The notes beneath the pieces were generated by a model that was given only the letters and a program-made list of their open reading frames with translations, was not told where the DNA came from and searched no databases. A program made the position numbers and the translations under genes. A DNA stretch of 41,992 nucleotides from positions 1 to 41,992 of the forward strand of contig JALXBF010000153.1 in the NCBI GenBank assembly GCA_026991575.1. The letters run 5' to 3'. Shown piece after piece: positions 18,964-29,243 of the stretch. Numbering within the stretch: position 1 is the first letter of the stretch; each line of letters starts with the position of its first letter. Source of the DNA: Planctomycetota bacterium (GTDB lineage Bacteria; Planctomycetota; Planctomycetia; JALXBF01).

Positions 18964-20103
18964 TTAGCAAGCGGAGTCGACTTGCTGGCCGCTCTGCCAG
19001 GCGGCGCGGACCGAAAGCAGCATATACACAACGAGGGCCACTCCGGCTACTGCTGCCAACACAAACATGACGATCGGCCAACGTTCCATCGCCACCGGCT
19101 GCGGGCGGATCAACCCGAAATGCGCAAGCTCTAGATGCTGAACCACCTGGCGACTGATGGCATTGAGCAGCACCACGAGAAGCTGCCCTGCCGCTCCGAC
19201 CCATAACAGCCCGCGCACCGACACGCCGCCGCGAACAGCCAAGAGCAGCACGACCCACGGAAACAGCGGGGAAATGGCGGTGGCCACGGTCAAGATAACC
19301 ATCGGGCCGTGCCCCATGGTCCGGATCACGTGCTCAGGCCATGTCCCAAACACGTACCACGCCCCCAGAAGCGCAAAGGCAACGCCCCCGGCACTGTAGG
19401 CCGTCAGAGCGAAGCGGCGTTCCGCCACTGTGGGAACCTGTTGTCTAACCAGCCGGCTGACGGGCGGATACCACGCTGCCGTGAGCACGGCCAGACTGAA
19501 CATCATCAGCCAGCGGGGCCACAGTGCCGGGTCATGCACGTTAAGGGCTGTGCCCCGCAGGGCTGCGGCGACGCTGTGCTCGACGGCGAGCGATGGCCAC
19601 AAGTCCGGCCGGACCATCAGCGAAAACAGATTTGCGAACAGGAACCCGATGATCGCCAGGCACGCCCACGCAAACGCTCCGATGGCCAGCGTCTTGGCAG
19701 CACCTTCGGCCCCATGCTCGATCCTTGCTCGTAGCCAGTACACCGTGACATAGCCGGCCAGCAGCAGCGGCACCACACTGAACCACCACCAGGCCATCAG
19801 CACGCTGGCAGGGAAGAAAACATGGTGGTAAACCACTTGGGTGAACAGCAGCGGCACGATGCCGCCGTTGATCCCGAATGCTAGGAAGAAGGGCATGTGC
19901 TTGATCATGCGAGCTGGCCAATCGTCTGGGTCCCGTCGGCCGGCGGCCCAGACAACCAGGGCCAATGGGAGACCTGCGTACCAAAGATGCATGGGCACGA
20001 CGTGCAGGACGAACCCGGTCACCTTCAGGAAGTACAGCACTGCCAGCGGTGCCGGCAGGGGCACCGGTGATGGAGGAGCAGCCAGTTCCGTCGGTTCGAT
20101 CAC
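18964..20103 (-). CDS. Polytopic membrane protein, probable second subunit of a cytochrome bd-superfamily complex
   Basis: 379 aa with many TM segments; PLPAP...LHVVPMH, GINGGIVPLLFTQVVY, late SRQVVQ motif. Translationally coupled (GTGA overlap) to the upstream CydA-like gene. Confidence 0.7.
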   Translation of the reverse strand: MIEPTELAAPPSPVPLPAPLAVLYFLKVTGFVLHVVPMHLWYAGLPLALVVWAAGRRDPDDWPARMIKHMPFFLAFGINGGIVPLLFTQVVYHHVFFPASVLMAWWWFSVVPLLLAGYVTVYWLRARIEHGAEGAAKTLAIGAFAWACLAIIGFLFANLFSLMVRPDLWPSLAVEHSVAAALRGTALNVHDPALWPRWLMMFSLAVLTAAWYPPVSRLVRQQVPTVAERRFALTAYSAGGVAFALLGAWYVFGTWPEHVIRTMGHGPMVILTVATAISPLFPWVVLLLAVRGGVSVRGLLWVGAAGQLLVVLLNAISRQVVQHLELAHFGLIRPQPVAMERWPIVMFVLAAVAGVALVVYMLLSVRAAWQSGQQVDSAC

Positions 20104-21503
20104 GGCCCGTTGCTCCGAAAGCTGTCGCGCTCCAACTCAAATAACATGCCTTCCGGCCGCTTCGGGGCAATCGCTTCTAAGTATGCGGCCAATGCCTCCG
20201 CCTCTTCTTCCGTGCCGACCCATGGGGGCATGAAGAAGTTGGTGCGGTGCAGGTGGTGGATCGTTTCTACGAGCATTTCTCGGTTCCACCCGTGAATGAG
20301 ATACCCGACTGCCGAGTACCCGTGGCGATCCGCGTGGCAATCGTTGCAAAGGTACTGGAAGATTGCCTGTCCGACGCGTGCCTGGTCTTGGTGTGGGAGG
20401 TTCTTCAGAGCCTGGAGACGCACGGATCCGTTGTCGTCGAGCAGTTCGGGGAACTCACGCGCCAGGAACAGGCGAATCCAGGCTGAGGAGTTCAGCACAC
20501 CCTGGCGGCGAAGCCGAGCGGTGTCGGTGACACAGTACTGGCTACCGGTCAGCACGTTGTAGATCACGTATGGTTTTCGCACTGCTTCACGCAAGAACTC
20601 GCCGGTCGCAAAGGCGCCAAGGCCGCAGAGGAACAGAAGCAGCGAAAAACCGGGCGTGAGCCATCCCGGGTGGCGTGCTGGCCCGAGGTAGAGTGCCACG
20701 AACACAACGGCGGTTAGCAGGAAGATACCCACCATCAGCACGTTGAGCACACTGGCGGCGGCCAGGGCGGCCTGCGCAGACGGTGGCAGCGCAGCGTACC
20801 AGGCGAGCCCCCCGAGCACGATAAGCACCGCGCCGAGCAGAGCCGGTCGCGTGGACCGCCGCTGGATCAGATTGCGCAGCTCGGGGTCTTTCGCAGTGAA
20901 TGTCGCATGAAGGTAGACGTAGAGGGTGCAGAGCATGAGCGCGCCGCCGGTGCGAGCCACCACCTGGGGCAGGAACTGTGGGTTCAGCACCGCATTGATC
21001 AGAAGCGGCTCCTCGGGCCATCGCCCGCTGTTGAGCATGAAGGCAGTGATGGACGTGATCAGGACCAGACTTACCCATGCGGCTGCGGCGTAGATGACCG
21101 CCAGCCGCACATGCAAGCGGGCAGGGAGGCGGCCGAAGCCGTACACGAAGAGAAATACGCTGACCAGCTCCACCGCGAACGCCACCCACTCCGTCGCCCA
21201 GACGAACACGAAGATCCGGATCAACAGCTCGGTGGCCAGCGGTGAAGCCAGTGCCATAGTCCACCAGATACCGATGCCGGTGACGGCGCCGAAAACGACG
21301 GTCAGCAGCATGAAGAATCGGGCGTGGCGCCGGAGGTAAGCCAGGTAAGCCGTGTCGGACCTGCGGTAGGCGTAGGCGGTCTCGACAGCAAGGAACAGGC
21401 CGCCGCCTACGGCATAGTGCGCGATCAGCACGTGGACGACGGCTACCGCCGCGATCAGCATGGGCGCCGTCACGAACGGAACGTACCACCACGGATAGCG
21501 CAC
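20100..21503 (-). CDS. Cytochrome bd subunit I (CydA)-like membrane protein fused to a C-terminal cytochrome c domain
   Basis: GTG 21503 (MRYPWWYVPF). HVLIAHYAVGGG (helix I His), GAVTGIGIW, WATEWVAFAVE (E99/E107-like pair), GEFLREAVRKPYVI (E445/R448-like), then CNDCH...MPPWVGT. No Q-loop is visible. Confidence 0.8.
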   Translation of the reverse strand: MRYPWWYVPFVTAPMLIAAVAVVHVLIAHYAVGGGLFLAVETAYAYRRSDTAYLAYLRRHARFFMLLTVVFGAVTGIGIWWTMALASPLATELLIRIFVFVWATEWVAFAVELVSVFLFVYGFGRLPARLHVRLAVIYAAAAWVSLVLITSITAFMLNSGRWPEEPLLINAVLNPQFLPQVVARTGGALMLCTLYVYLHATFTAKDPELRNLIQRRSTRPALLGAVLIVLGGLAWYAALPPSAQAALAAASVLNVLMVGIFLLTAVVFVALYLGPARHPGWLTPGFSLLLFLCGLGAFATGEFLREAVRKPYVIYNVLTGSQYCVTDTARLRRQGVLNSSAWIRLFLAREFPELLDDNGSVRLQALKNLPHQDQARVGQAIFQYLCNDCHADRHGYSAVGYLIHGWNREMLVETIHHLHRTNFFMPPWVGTEEEAEALAAYLEAIAPKRPEGMLFELERDSFRSNGP

Positions 21504-21680
21504 CGGTTGTGCCCCCCGCAATGACAGTCTTTGCTCTTGCTGGCATTCTCGGCCTGGGGCCCGCGATGCGGCAAGGGGGCAGGCGCGTGACTGCATGCCC
21601 GGCCTCGGGCGGCACGCAGTGCGCGGGTCGCTTGCAGGACATTGGTCAACGCTAGCCGGCCAAGCCCATAGCTGCCCCAC

Positions 21681-22697
21681 TCAACCGCGCTGCCCTCCGT
21701 GTCGGCTGCGTGCCGGGTGAGCCGGGTCGTCTGCCGGAGGTGTCTGGCGACGCCGGGCGTGCTGGAGCAGAAGCGCGGCAACGTCCAGCCCGGTGGCGCG
21801 GCGGGTGGCACGCCAGCCGGGCACGGCGTTGACTTCGAGCACTAGCGGGCCGCGACCGCGGCTGAATAGCAGATCGACGCCGGCGAACTCCACACCGAGC
21901 GTCTCGGCTGCCCTCACCGCCAATGCCGCGGCCTCTGCGTCCAGCCGGTAAGGCCGGACCCGGGCCCCGCGGGTTGCGTTCCGGCGCCAATCATGCGGAT
22001 GATTCCTGGCCACAGCGGCAATCACCTCACCCGACAGCACCAGAGCCCGCACGTCCACTGCCACGTCGGCGACATACTCCTGCAGGTAGATCACGGCTCC
22101 GAGCCGCTCCAGGAGTGAGAACGCTTGCCAGGCCTGGTCACGGTCTGTCACGCGGTAGACGCCTTTGCCCTCACTGCCAAAGACTGGCTTGACGACGGCC
22201 TGGCCACCCAACTGCTCCAGCGCGGCGATGGCCTCCGTGCGGTTCTCCGCGACGGCCGTCGCTGGCGTTGGCAGGCCGGCCTGACGCAGCAATGCCAGCG
22301 ACAGTGTCTTGTCGATTGCCAGTTCCAACGCTCGCGGCGGGTTGACCACCGTTACGCCGCAGCGGGCCAGCACGTGCAACAAATCGAGTCGGAAAACGAT
22401 CTGTTCCAGGGATCCGGCGGGCATGCAACGGACGAGCACGGTTGGTTGCTCCCCGCCGGATGGCCGTAGCAGCGGCACGAGTTCGTCGTCCGTTGGTGAC
22501 GGCCTCGGAGGGGGTTCCAGCAGGCGGGCACGGACGAGTTGCCCGCCAGTACGGTCGGCGGTCCAGATCAGCCGTCGGAAGGAGACCACCTGGGCGCGGA
22601 CCCTGGCGGCGGCCGCGGCACGGAGCAAGTCCCTCACGTGCCAGCCGAGCTGGTCAGCGACGATGATCAGCGGTCGTTGGCTCGGGTGCGTGGGCAT
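21681..22697 (-). CDS. RimK-family ATP-grasp alpha-L-glutamate ligase (Orf5/MptN-like, H4MPT-cluster type)
   Basis: GWHVRDL, VRCMPAGSLEQIVFRLDLLH, NPPRALELAIDK, VKPVFGSEGKG, WRRNATRG, AGVDL, LEVNAVPGW. Confidence 0.85.
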   Translation of the reverse strand: MPTHPSQRPLIIVADQLGWHVRDLLRAAAAARVRAQVVSFRRLIWTADRTGGQLVRARLLEPPPRPSPTDDELVPLLRPSGGEQPTVLVRCMPAGSLEQIVFRLDLLHVLARCGVTVVNPPRALELAIDKTLSLALLRQAGLPTPATAVAENRTEAIAALEQLGGQAVVKPVFGSEGKGVYRVTDRDQAWQAFSLLERLGAVIYLQEYVADVAVDVRALVLSGEVIAAVARNHPHDWRRNATRGARVRPYRLDAEAAALAVRAAETLGVEFAGVDLLFSRGRGPLVLEVNAVPGWRATRRATGLDVAALLLQHARRRQTPPADDPAHPARSRHGGQRG

Positions 22698-22742
22698 CGG
22701 CTGTGGTTCGCTGCACGGTGGCCCGGCCGGGCAGCATGTGGT

Positions 22743-23990
22743 CTATTCCCGGCCGCTGAGCACGTGTACGGGATCGACCGACGCGGCGCGGTGTGCCGGG
22801 AGTCCAGTGGCGACGAGGCTGGCGACAAGCCCGGCCAAGAGGGCTGTCAGCACGTCGTCCGGCTCGAAAACCAGTGGCCAGGACAGGTACCGCAGTTCCA
22901 GGACCCAGCCTGCAAGAGCGGCCACGGGAAGGGCCACGAGGAATGCGCCGAGTGCGGTGATGACGTTTTCCAGTAGTAGCTGCCCGACGATGTGTACGCG
23001 GCGTGCACCTTCCACGCGGCGCACGGCGATTTCCACGTACCGCGTGCGCACGGCCACCAGTGCGATGCTGAGGATCATAGCCGTGGCGATGACCAGGACG
23101 ACGAGCCAGGCGATGTTGGCCACTTCGGTGGATAGTTCCACGGCCGTCATGACCCGCTCGATCCAGCGCGCGCGGGCCCAGACCCAGACGTAGGCACCGC
23201 GGGCGGCCAGTGCCTCACGCACCTGCCGCTCGCACTGGAACACATCCCGATCAGCCGCAACCCGCGTCAGGTAGCCATGGATTGCGGTGCGGTGCCAGGG
23301 CTGGTTGGGCAGGAGATAGACCCCTTCGTACTCCATGATTCGCAGGATGCGTGGCCGGGCGGTGGCTGCGAAGTCCATTTCGCGCATGCGTTCCCGGATC
23401 CGAAACGGATCCTTGACGATGCCGACGACGCGGTAGGGGCCGCGGACCTCCAGGCCACTCAGCGTGACCGTCTTGCCCACTGCCCACGGCGTGCCCTCGC
23501 GGGGGCGCTCACCAAAGAGTCGCACGGCCACCGCCTCGTCCAGCACGCACGCCTGCCGGTCGCCCGCCTTCAGGAACCGGCCCTCGATCAACCGGATCGG
23601 CAACACGTTGGTCAGCTCCGGTTCGGTGACCAGGAACAACGCGGTGGTCTGTTTGGTGCCAGAGCGGACGACACCGAGGGAGACATGAATGGGGACGGTC
23701 GGTCCGCCGCTAATTCCGGCAATTACCTCTCGGTCACTTGCTCTCAACGGGCTGTTGATCAGTTGCACCAGGTTGAAGGGGGAAACGTGGATGTTGATCA
23801 CACGCGCGCCGATGGCCTGCATGTCCGCCTCAACCTGGTAGCGCACCCCGGCCAGGATGCCCATGATGGTGATCGTGGCCGTGAAGGCGGCCGTCCAGCC
23901 GAAGGCAACGACGGCGCTTTGCAGCGGTCGCCGCACAATCGCGCGTAGAGCCACACGGGGTAGCAGGAACCAATAGCCCACGGTAACCAC
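22743..23990 (-). CDS. ABC transporter permease, MacB/FtsX family
   Basis: N-terminal TM, periplasmic domain (EGRFL), C-terminal VRTRYVEIAVRRVEGARRVHIVGQLLLE and PAHRAASVDPVHVL. Confidence 0.88.
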   Translation of the reverse strand: MVTVGYWFLLPRVALRAIVRRPLQSAVVAFGWTAAFTATITIMGILAGVRYQVEADMQAIGARVINIHVSPFNLVQLINSPLRASDREVIAGISGGPTVPIHVSLGVVRSGTKQTTALFLVTEPELTNVLPIRLIEGRFLKAGDRQACVLDEAVAVRLFGERPREGTPWAVGKTVTLSGLEVRGPYRVVGIVKDPFRIRERMREMDFAATARPRILRIMEYEGVYLLPNQPWHRTAIHGYLTRVAADRDVFQCERQVREALAARGAYVWVWARARWIERVMTAVELSTEVANIAWLVVLVIATAMILSIALVAVRTRYVEIAVRRVEGARRVHIVGQLLLENVITALGAFLVALPVAALAGWVLELRYLSWPLVFEPDDVLTALLAGLVASLVATGLPAHRAASVDPVHVLSGRE

Positions 23991-25238
23991 TCACTCAAAG
24001 CGCAACACCTCTACCGGGTCGACGCGCACGGCTTGTAGCGCCGGGATCAAGCCGGCCAGCAGGCCCGTGAAGACGACCACGGCTAGCGTGATCGCGATCT
24101 CGCTGTAAGGAACCGTCCAGGTCACGCCCGCTGCAGGCGAAAGGTAGCACCGCAGTGCCGCGAGGGCGAGCCCTACAGGGACGCCGGCCAGGGCGCCGAG
24201 CAGGCAGACAGTGGCCGTCTCAACCATGAACTGTACGGCGATGTGCCAGGACCGGGCGCCTTCGACACGCCGGATGGCAATCTCACGCCGTCGCTCCCAG
24301 ACGTTCAGCAGCATGAGCGACGAGACGACGATCGCCCCCACGACCACGGCCAACCCAAAAACGACCCGGTTCAGCTCCACGATCCGTGTCATCGCTTCGC
24401 TGTAAAGCACCGTGGCCAGCACGTTCGCGTAGACGATGGGCTGCTGGCCCAGTTCACTGAACCACAGGAAGACCTTCTGCTTGACGGACTGCACGTTCTG
24501 CGGAGGGCAGCGGATCTCGATCCAGCGTGGTCGGGCCCTGGGCGACAGCGTGCGGGGGGCGACGATGGTTTGGGGTGAAAAGATGAGCTCCAGCCCAGGT
24601 GCCCGCAGCGCGCCGAGCGTCTCTTCCATCTGTTCGGCCAACTCCCGCAGGAAGTGACTGCGCGCGTAGCCGAACTCATCCACCTCGGTCGGCGCGGACC
24701 GCACGACGCCGACCACGGTGACGGACTCGCCCGTTGGCAGTTCGAATCGAGCTCCCGGTTGAAGCCATGCCGGGGGCAAGGGGGTATCGGTTGACACGAC
24801 CACCACGGGCCGTTTGAGCCGGAAATCGTCTGGCTCCAGCAACCGGCCGCGGACAAGCTCCGGGCGGCGAGCTGCGAAGAAGTGTTCATCGACCAGCAGC
24901 AGCGGCACACGCACAGACTTGCCGTCTACTGCGATACGGGGCATCCTGGCCAGGTAGCCGGTGATGGCCGTGACCTGGTTGCCCAGTGCACGGCGGAGCT
25001 GCCGAACCTGCTCCCAGCGGAACCGCCGCTCCTCCGGCACGGGTTCTTGCGTGACGAGAATCCGGTCGGTACCGTAGCGGGCCGCGTTCTGCTCAGCCGC
25101 CGTCCGGCTGCCCTCCAGTACGGCCGGTAAGCTGACGCCTAGCGCCGTGCCCCAGAGCACGCCCTGCACGACCAGCAGGGTCCGCAGCGGCCGTCGTAAC
25201 AGGTTGCGGAGCGAGACGCGTACCAGTCGCAGCAACAC
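23991..25238 (-). CDS. ABC transporter permease, MacB/FtsX family
   Basis: RNLLRRPLRTLL, VWERRREIAIRRVEGARSWHIAVQFMVE, PALQAVRVDPVEVLRFE; directly abuts the next permease. Confidence 0.88.
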   Translation of the reverse strand: MLLRLVRVSLRNLLRRPLRTLLVVQGVLWGTALGVSLPAVLEGSRTAAEQNAARYGTDRILVTQEPVPEERRFRWEQVRQLRRALGNQVTAITGYLARMPRIAVDGKSVRVPLLLVDEHFFAARRPELVRGRLLEPDDFRLKRPVVVVSTDTPLPPAWLQPGARFELPTGESVTVVGVVRSAPTEVDEFGYARSHFLRELAEQMEETLGALRAPGLELIFSPQTIVAPRTLSPRARPRWIEIRCPPQNVQSVKQKVFLWFSELGQQPIVYANVLATVLYSEAMTRIVELNRVVFGLAVVVGAIVVSSLMLLNVWERRREIAIRRVEGARSWHIAVQFMVETATVCLLGALAGVPVGLALAALRCYLSPAAGVTWTVPYSEIAITLAVVVFTGLLAGLIPALQAVRVDPVEVLRFE

Positions 25239-25441
25239 GGCCTAGCCCAACCTCCACTGGCTTAGTGCCAAGGACGTCACGAAAGGGCGATCGTAGCGAT
25301 TGTAAGGGTGGGCCCGCCGGTACCACGACGGGCACGCCCGGAGGCCCGCCGACGACTGCATCGTGAGGGGCCGCCGAATATGATTTAGGTAGAGCATACC
25401 ACCTGTGTCGGGGAGCGGAGACGCCACCTGGAGGTGCACTG

Positions 25442-25924
25442 ATGTCCGATTCGTGGAAACCGTTTGGCCCATACATCAGCAGCATGGACGTCTCACCCGC
25501 GACGCCGACGGCTGCCCAGTCGCCCGTGCAAGGCTGGGAGGTGGTCGCGGCTATGCTGAAGGAGTTGCTGCGCATCGAGTATGAGCAGCTCCAGCTGCTG
25601 CGCGAAATGGTCCAGTCGCAGCGCGAAGCCCGGCAGCGCCAGGCAATGGAGCTGCTGCAGTGGCAGAAGGAGCACCCCGAAGTTGTGGAGAAGTGTCGCC
25701 AGGCGCTCGGGTCTCTGGTCCGCGTCCACTCCACCCTCCTTGAGGACCTGGCCGAGCACGTCATCGAGAACGAGGAGATGCTGCTAGAGTCGGATTTTTC
25801 ACTGAGCGAGTTCGTTGATCGCTTCGGGCCTCGGTTACACCATCTTTCGGCGGCGCTTTCCGTGCTGAAACAGGTCTCGACCCCGATTCCTGAGCCCCCA
25901 TCCGAGTCCGGTACCGACGAGTGA
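25442..25924 (+). CDS. Hypothetical helical/coiled-coil protein of planctomycete type
   Basis: GGAGGTG SD; 160 aa with normal codon usage; LLRIEYEQLQLLREM, W...HPE..EKC, FSLSEFVDRFGPRLHHL. Confidence 0.75.
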   Translation: MSDSWKPFGPYISSMDVSPATPTAAQSPVQGWEVVAAMLKELLRIEYEQLQLLREMVQSQREARQRQAMELLQWQKEHPEVVEKCRQALGSLVRVHSTLLEDLAEHVIENEEMLLESDFSLSEFVDRFGPRLHHLSAALSVLKQVSTPIPEPPSESGTDE

Positions 25925-26107
25925 CCGTTTGGTGCTGTTCGCTGAGGCCGCGGCCGACGCTGGGGTAGCAGCTGATGCGCCACCGGACCGGCCCGCGACG
26001 GCTCGGACGCTAGCCATCTCGATCTCTCTTGCCAGGCTTATCCGCATCGGGCGAATGTGCTACGATGGCGGTGCTGCCCCAGGGAGGTCGCGTACGGAGA
26101 ATCGGTC

Positions 26108-28024
26108 ATGAACAGAGAGCCGCAGCCCGGTCAGACGCACCAGGGGAAGTTTGCCGAGACAGCACTCCGGCTGGGCGGTAAGACCGAGGAAGAGGTACGG
26201 CGGGTCGGTGCGGTGGAGGCCGCCGAGGAGCAGGTTGAGCATCTCTTTGCGCCCCGTTACCAGACCGCGGCCAGCCCGGTGCATCGGGCGGTTTGGGAGC
26301 GTGCCGTGCCGCTGGAGCTGTTTCAGCCACCGGACCTGGACCGCCCGGATCCGTGCGACGACGCCATCGAGCAGTGCGTTGCTGTCACGCGCCGTCGCTT
26401 CGAGTCTGGCACACTGTACGACGAGAAGGGCAAGATTTCGCAGGAGACGCTTCAGGAGCTTGCCCAGCACGGCTATTGGGGCATGATCATCCCCCGAGCG
26501 TACGGGGGCCAGGAGGCACCGCTGCCCAAGTTCGTCCACTTGCTGACGCGCTGCGCCTGTTACGAGGCGATGGTGGGCGGGCTGGCATCGGTGCACCAGT
26601 GCATCGGAGCGGTGGACCCGATCCTGACCTTTGGCACCGAGGAGCAGAAGCGCCGCTTCCTGCCTCTGCTAGCCAGCGGTGAGAAACTCTCCGGATTTGC
26701 CCTCACCGAACCGCCGGCTGGCTCGGACCTGACCGCGCTGCGCACCCGAGCCGAGCGGGTGCCAGGGGGCTTCAAGCTCTACGGAGAGAAGCTCTTCATC
26801 ACGAACGCCTTGCCCGGCACGTTGCTGTGCGTGGTGGCGTTGCTGGACGGACGACCGCAGGTGTTCATCGCGGAGCTGCCCAACGAGGAAGGTCCCACGT
26901 TTCAGCTGGTGCGCTACGGCCTGCATGCGTTGCGCCGGGTCTACAACCATGGCATCCGGTTTCAGGGGTTCTTCGTCCCGGAGGAGAACCTGCTGAGGCC
27001 GCCGTCTGGTGACGGCCTGACGATCGCTTACCACGGCTTGAACCGCGGTCGCGTGTCCTTGTGTGCGACGGCGGCCGGGGTCATGCGTACGATGCTGGCC
27101 AACATGTTGCCTTGGGTCGACTACCGCCGCACCTACGGGGCCAAGATCAAGACGCGCGAGTTGGTCAAGTGGCGGATTGCTCGGATGGCGGCCCTGTTGG
27201 CTGGTGCCGAGGCGCTTAGCCAGTGGGGGGCGCATCTGCTCCAGCTGGGCTATCGCGGCGAGCTGGAGTGCACCGTGGCGAAAATCTTCGGCAGCGAGGC
27301 CCAGAAGGAAGCGGCCATTGAGCTGCTGATGAAGACACACGGCGGCCGCTCCTTCCTGGTTGGTCACCCCTTTGGCGACAACGTACACGACTTCTTGGCG
27401 CCGCTGATCTACGAAGGGGAGGGCCAGATGCTGACGCTGGCGTTCTTCAAGACGCTGGTCAAGCAGCACGGGCTTGAGTTTTTTGAGCCGATCGGACGGA
27501 AGCTGCAACAGCTCGGCGTCCCAACGCTCAACCCGGCCAATCCCCGTCACCTCTGGGCGCTCAGACAGGAGTTTGGTCGGTATCTGCGATGGTGGCTGGA
27601 GCAGTTGATGGTATGGAGCAAGGGCACGGCGCCGAGCGGGCTGCCGCCGGAGCTGTCCCGGCACGTTGACTTCGCGCTGGCGCAGTTCCGCCGCTATCCG
27701 CTGGAACTCAGCGGCCTCATGCGCCGCTACCAGCTAAAGCTGGTGGATCGCCAATGTGCGATCGTCGAGATGTCGTTGCGGATCCAGAAGACCGTCGCCT
27801 TGCTAGTCAGCTGCCTGTGGGCAGCGAAGCAGGCCGATCCCGTCTGGGTGGCAGCCGCCGATGTGCTGGGCCAGGATCTACGGCGCGAACTGACGGGCGA
27901 ACGTCCCACGGCACGGTACTACCGCGACTGCAGGCGGTTGGCGGACCGGATCCTGGACGGTGAGTTCCGGGCGATCGAGGAATGTCCGCGCTATGAGATC
28001 CTGATGCCGTACGAGAACCCATGA
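26108..28024 (+). CDS. Acyl-CoA dehydrogenase family protein with C-terminal extension
   Basis: FGTEEQKRRFLP, FALTEPPAGSD, GEKLFITN, LNRGR, IYEGEG (catalytic Glu position); GGAGA upstream of ATG 26108. Confidence 0.92.
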   Translation: MNREPQPGQTHQGKFAETALRLGGKTEEEVRRVGAVEAAEEQVEHLFAPRYQTAASPVHRAVWERAVPLELFQPPDLDRPDPCDDAIEQCVAVTRRRFESGTLYDEKGKISQETLQELAQHGYWGMIIPRAYGGQEAPLPKFVHLLTRCACYEAMVGGLASVHQCIGAVDPILTFGTEEQKRRFLPLLASGEKLSGFALTEPPAGSDLTALRTRAERVPGGFKLYGEKLFITNALPGTLLCVVALLDGRPQVFIAELPNEEGPTFQLVRYGLHALRRVYNHGIRFQGFFVPEENLLRPPSGDGLTIAYHGLNRGRVSLCATAAGVMRTMLANMLPWVDYRRTYGAKIKTRELVKWRIARMAALLAGAEALSQWGAHLLQLGYRGELECTVAKIFGSEAQKEAAIELLMKTHGGRSFLVGHPFGDNVHDFLAPLIYEGEGQMLTLAFFKTLVKQHGLEFFEPIGRKLQQLGVPTLNPANPRHLWALRQEFGRYLRWWLEQLMVWSKGTAPSGLPPELSRHVDFALAQFRRYPLELSGLMRRYQLKLVDRQCAIVEMSLRIQKTVALLVSCLWAAKQADPVWVAAADVLGQDLRRELTGERPTARYYRDCRRLADRILDGEFRAIEECPRYEILMPYENP

Positions 28025-28199
28025 GGCGGCCTCAGGGCCAAAGCGGCGGCCTGGGCCGAACGGCCCGCCGCCGGGCCCTGACGCTGGCGAGAGTGCTATC
28101 GGAAAAGGTCCGCGCGGCCGGGGCAGGCGGCAGTATCTCGCAGAAGCCCCGCTCTTTTCGGAGACGATGGTATCTGGCCCCTTGGCTTCAGGATTGGCT

Positions 28200-28229
28200 T
28201 TGACCGAAGCCACTGCTCTGCGCTAATAT
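28200..28229 (+). promoter_or_regulatory. Probable rpsB-tsf promoter
   Basis: TTGACC (28200-28205), 18 nt, TAATAT (28224-28229); leaves a leader of about 140 nt. Confidence 0.5.
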
Positions 28230-28375
28230 TCGTTGTCGCCCGTGCGTGACGAACCACCGGATTGCTTCTCCTGTCTGAGCCCGGCGCGGGCCGTGCCTGG
28301 ATCCGGCCGAACCGGGACTCTGGAGGTCCTGCCAATGGTCAAGCGTCGGAAGCGGTACAAAACGGGAGGCTGTGT

Positions 28376-29173
28376 GTGGCGTCGATAACGCTGAAAGAAC
28401 TGGTGGAGGCTGGCGTTCATTTTGGCCATCGCAAGAGCCGACGTAACCCGAAGATGGACCCGTACATCTTCGCGCGGCAGGGCCCGATCTACCTGATCGA
28501 CCTGCGCGAGACGATGAGGGGATTGTTGCGCGCCGGCCGATTTCTGAAGCACGTCGTGGGCGACAACAACAGCCTGGTGCTGTTCGTGGGCACGAAGCGG
28601 CAGGCAAAGGAGATCATCACGCGGGCCGCACAACGCTGCGGTATGCCGTACGTAGCCGAACGCTGGCTTGGCGGCACGCTCACCAACTTCGAGACCATTC
28701 GTTCCCGCATGCGCCGCCTCGAGGAGCTGGAAGACCTGATCAACTCGGACCGCATCAACACCTACTCCAAGAAGATGATCGCGGCCATCAACCGCGAGTA
28801 TCGCAAGATGTATCGAAATCTGCACGGTATCCGCACGTTGAACCGACTTCCCGGCGCCGTGTTCGTGGTCGATCCGGTGCGGGAGCACAATGCCGTGGCC
28901 GAGGCGCGCAAGCTACAGATCCCGGTAGTCGCACTCATCGACACGGACGGCGACCCAGATCTGGTCGACCTGCCGATCCCCGGCAACGACGACAGCATGC
29001 GGTCGATCGAAGTGATCGTCAACTACATCGCGGACTGTATCCAGGAGGCGCGGGAGGCAAGCCAGCCTGCCGAGGGTGAACAGCCGCTGGAGACGGTTCA
29101 ATCGGCGGCCGGGGGCCAGACCAGCGCGGCCGGTAGCGGTGGCAGCGGCAGCTCCGGCGACTCGTCCCGTTGA
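28376..29173 (+). CDS. rpsB: 30S ribosomal protein S2
   Basis: GGGAGG SD before GTG 28376; [49 protein letters not shown]. Confidence 0.98.
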   Translation: MASITLKELVEAGVHFGHRKSRRNPKMDPYIFARQGPIYLIDLRETMRGLLRAGRFLKHVVGDNNSLVLFVGTKRQAKEIITRAAQRCGMPYVAERWLGGTLTNFETIRSRMRRLEELEDLINSDRINTYSKKMIAAINREYRKMYRNLHGIRTLNRLPGAVFVVDPVREHNAVAEARKLQIPVVALIDTDGDPDLVDLPIPGNDDSMRSIEVIVNYIADCIQEAREASQPAEGEQPLETVQSAAGGQTSAAGSGGSGSSGDSSR

Positions 29174-29243
29174 TTGCTCCCACCAGTCAGCCTCCCGAGG
29201 TCACTGGCCGTGAACGGTGCCGCCCACAGTGTGGAGGACGGCG

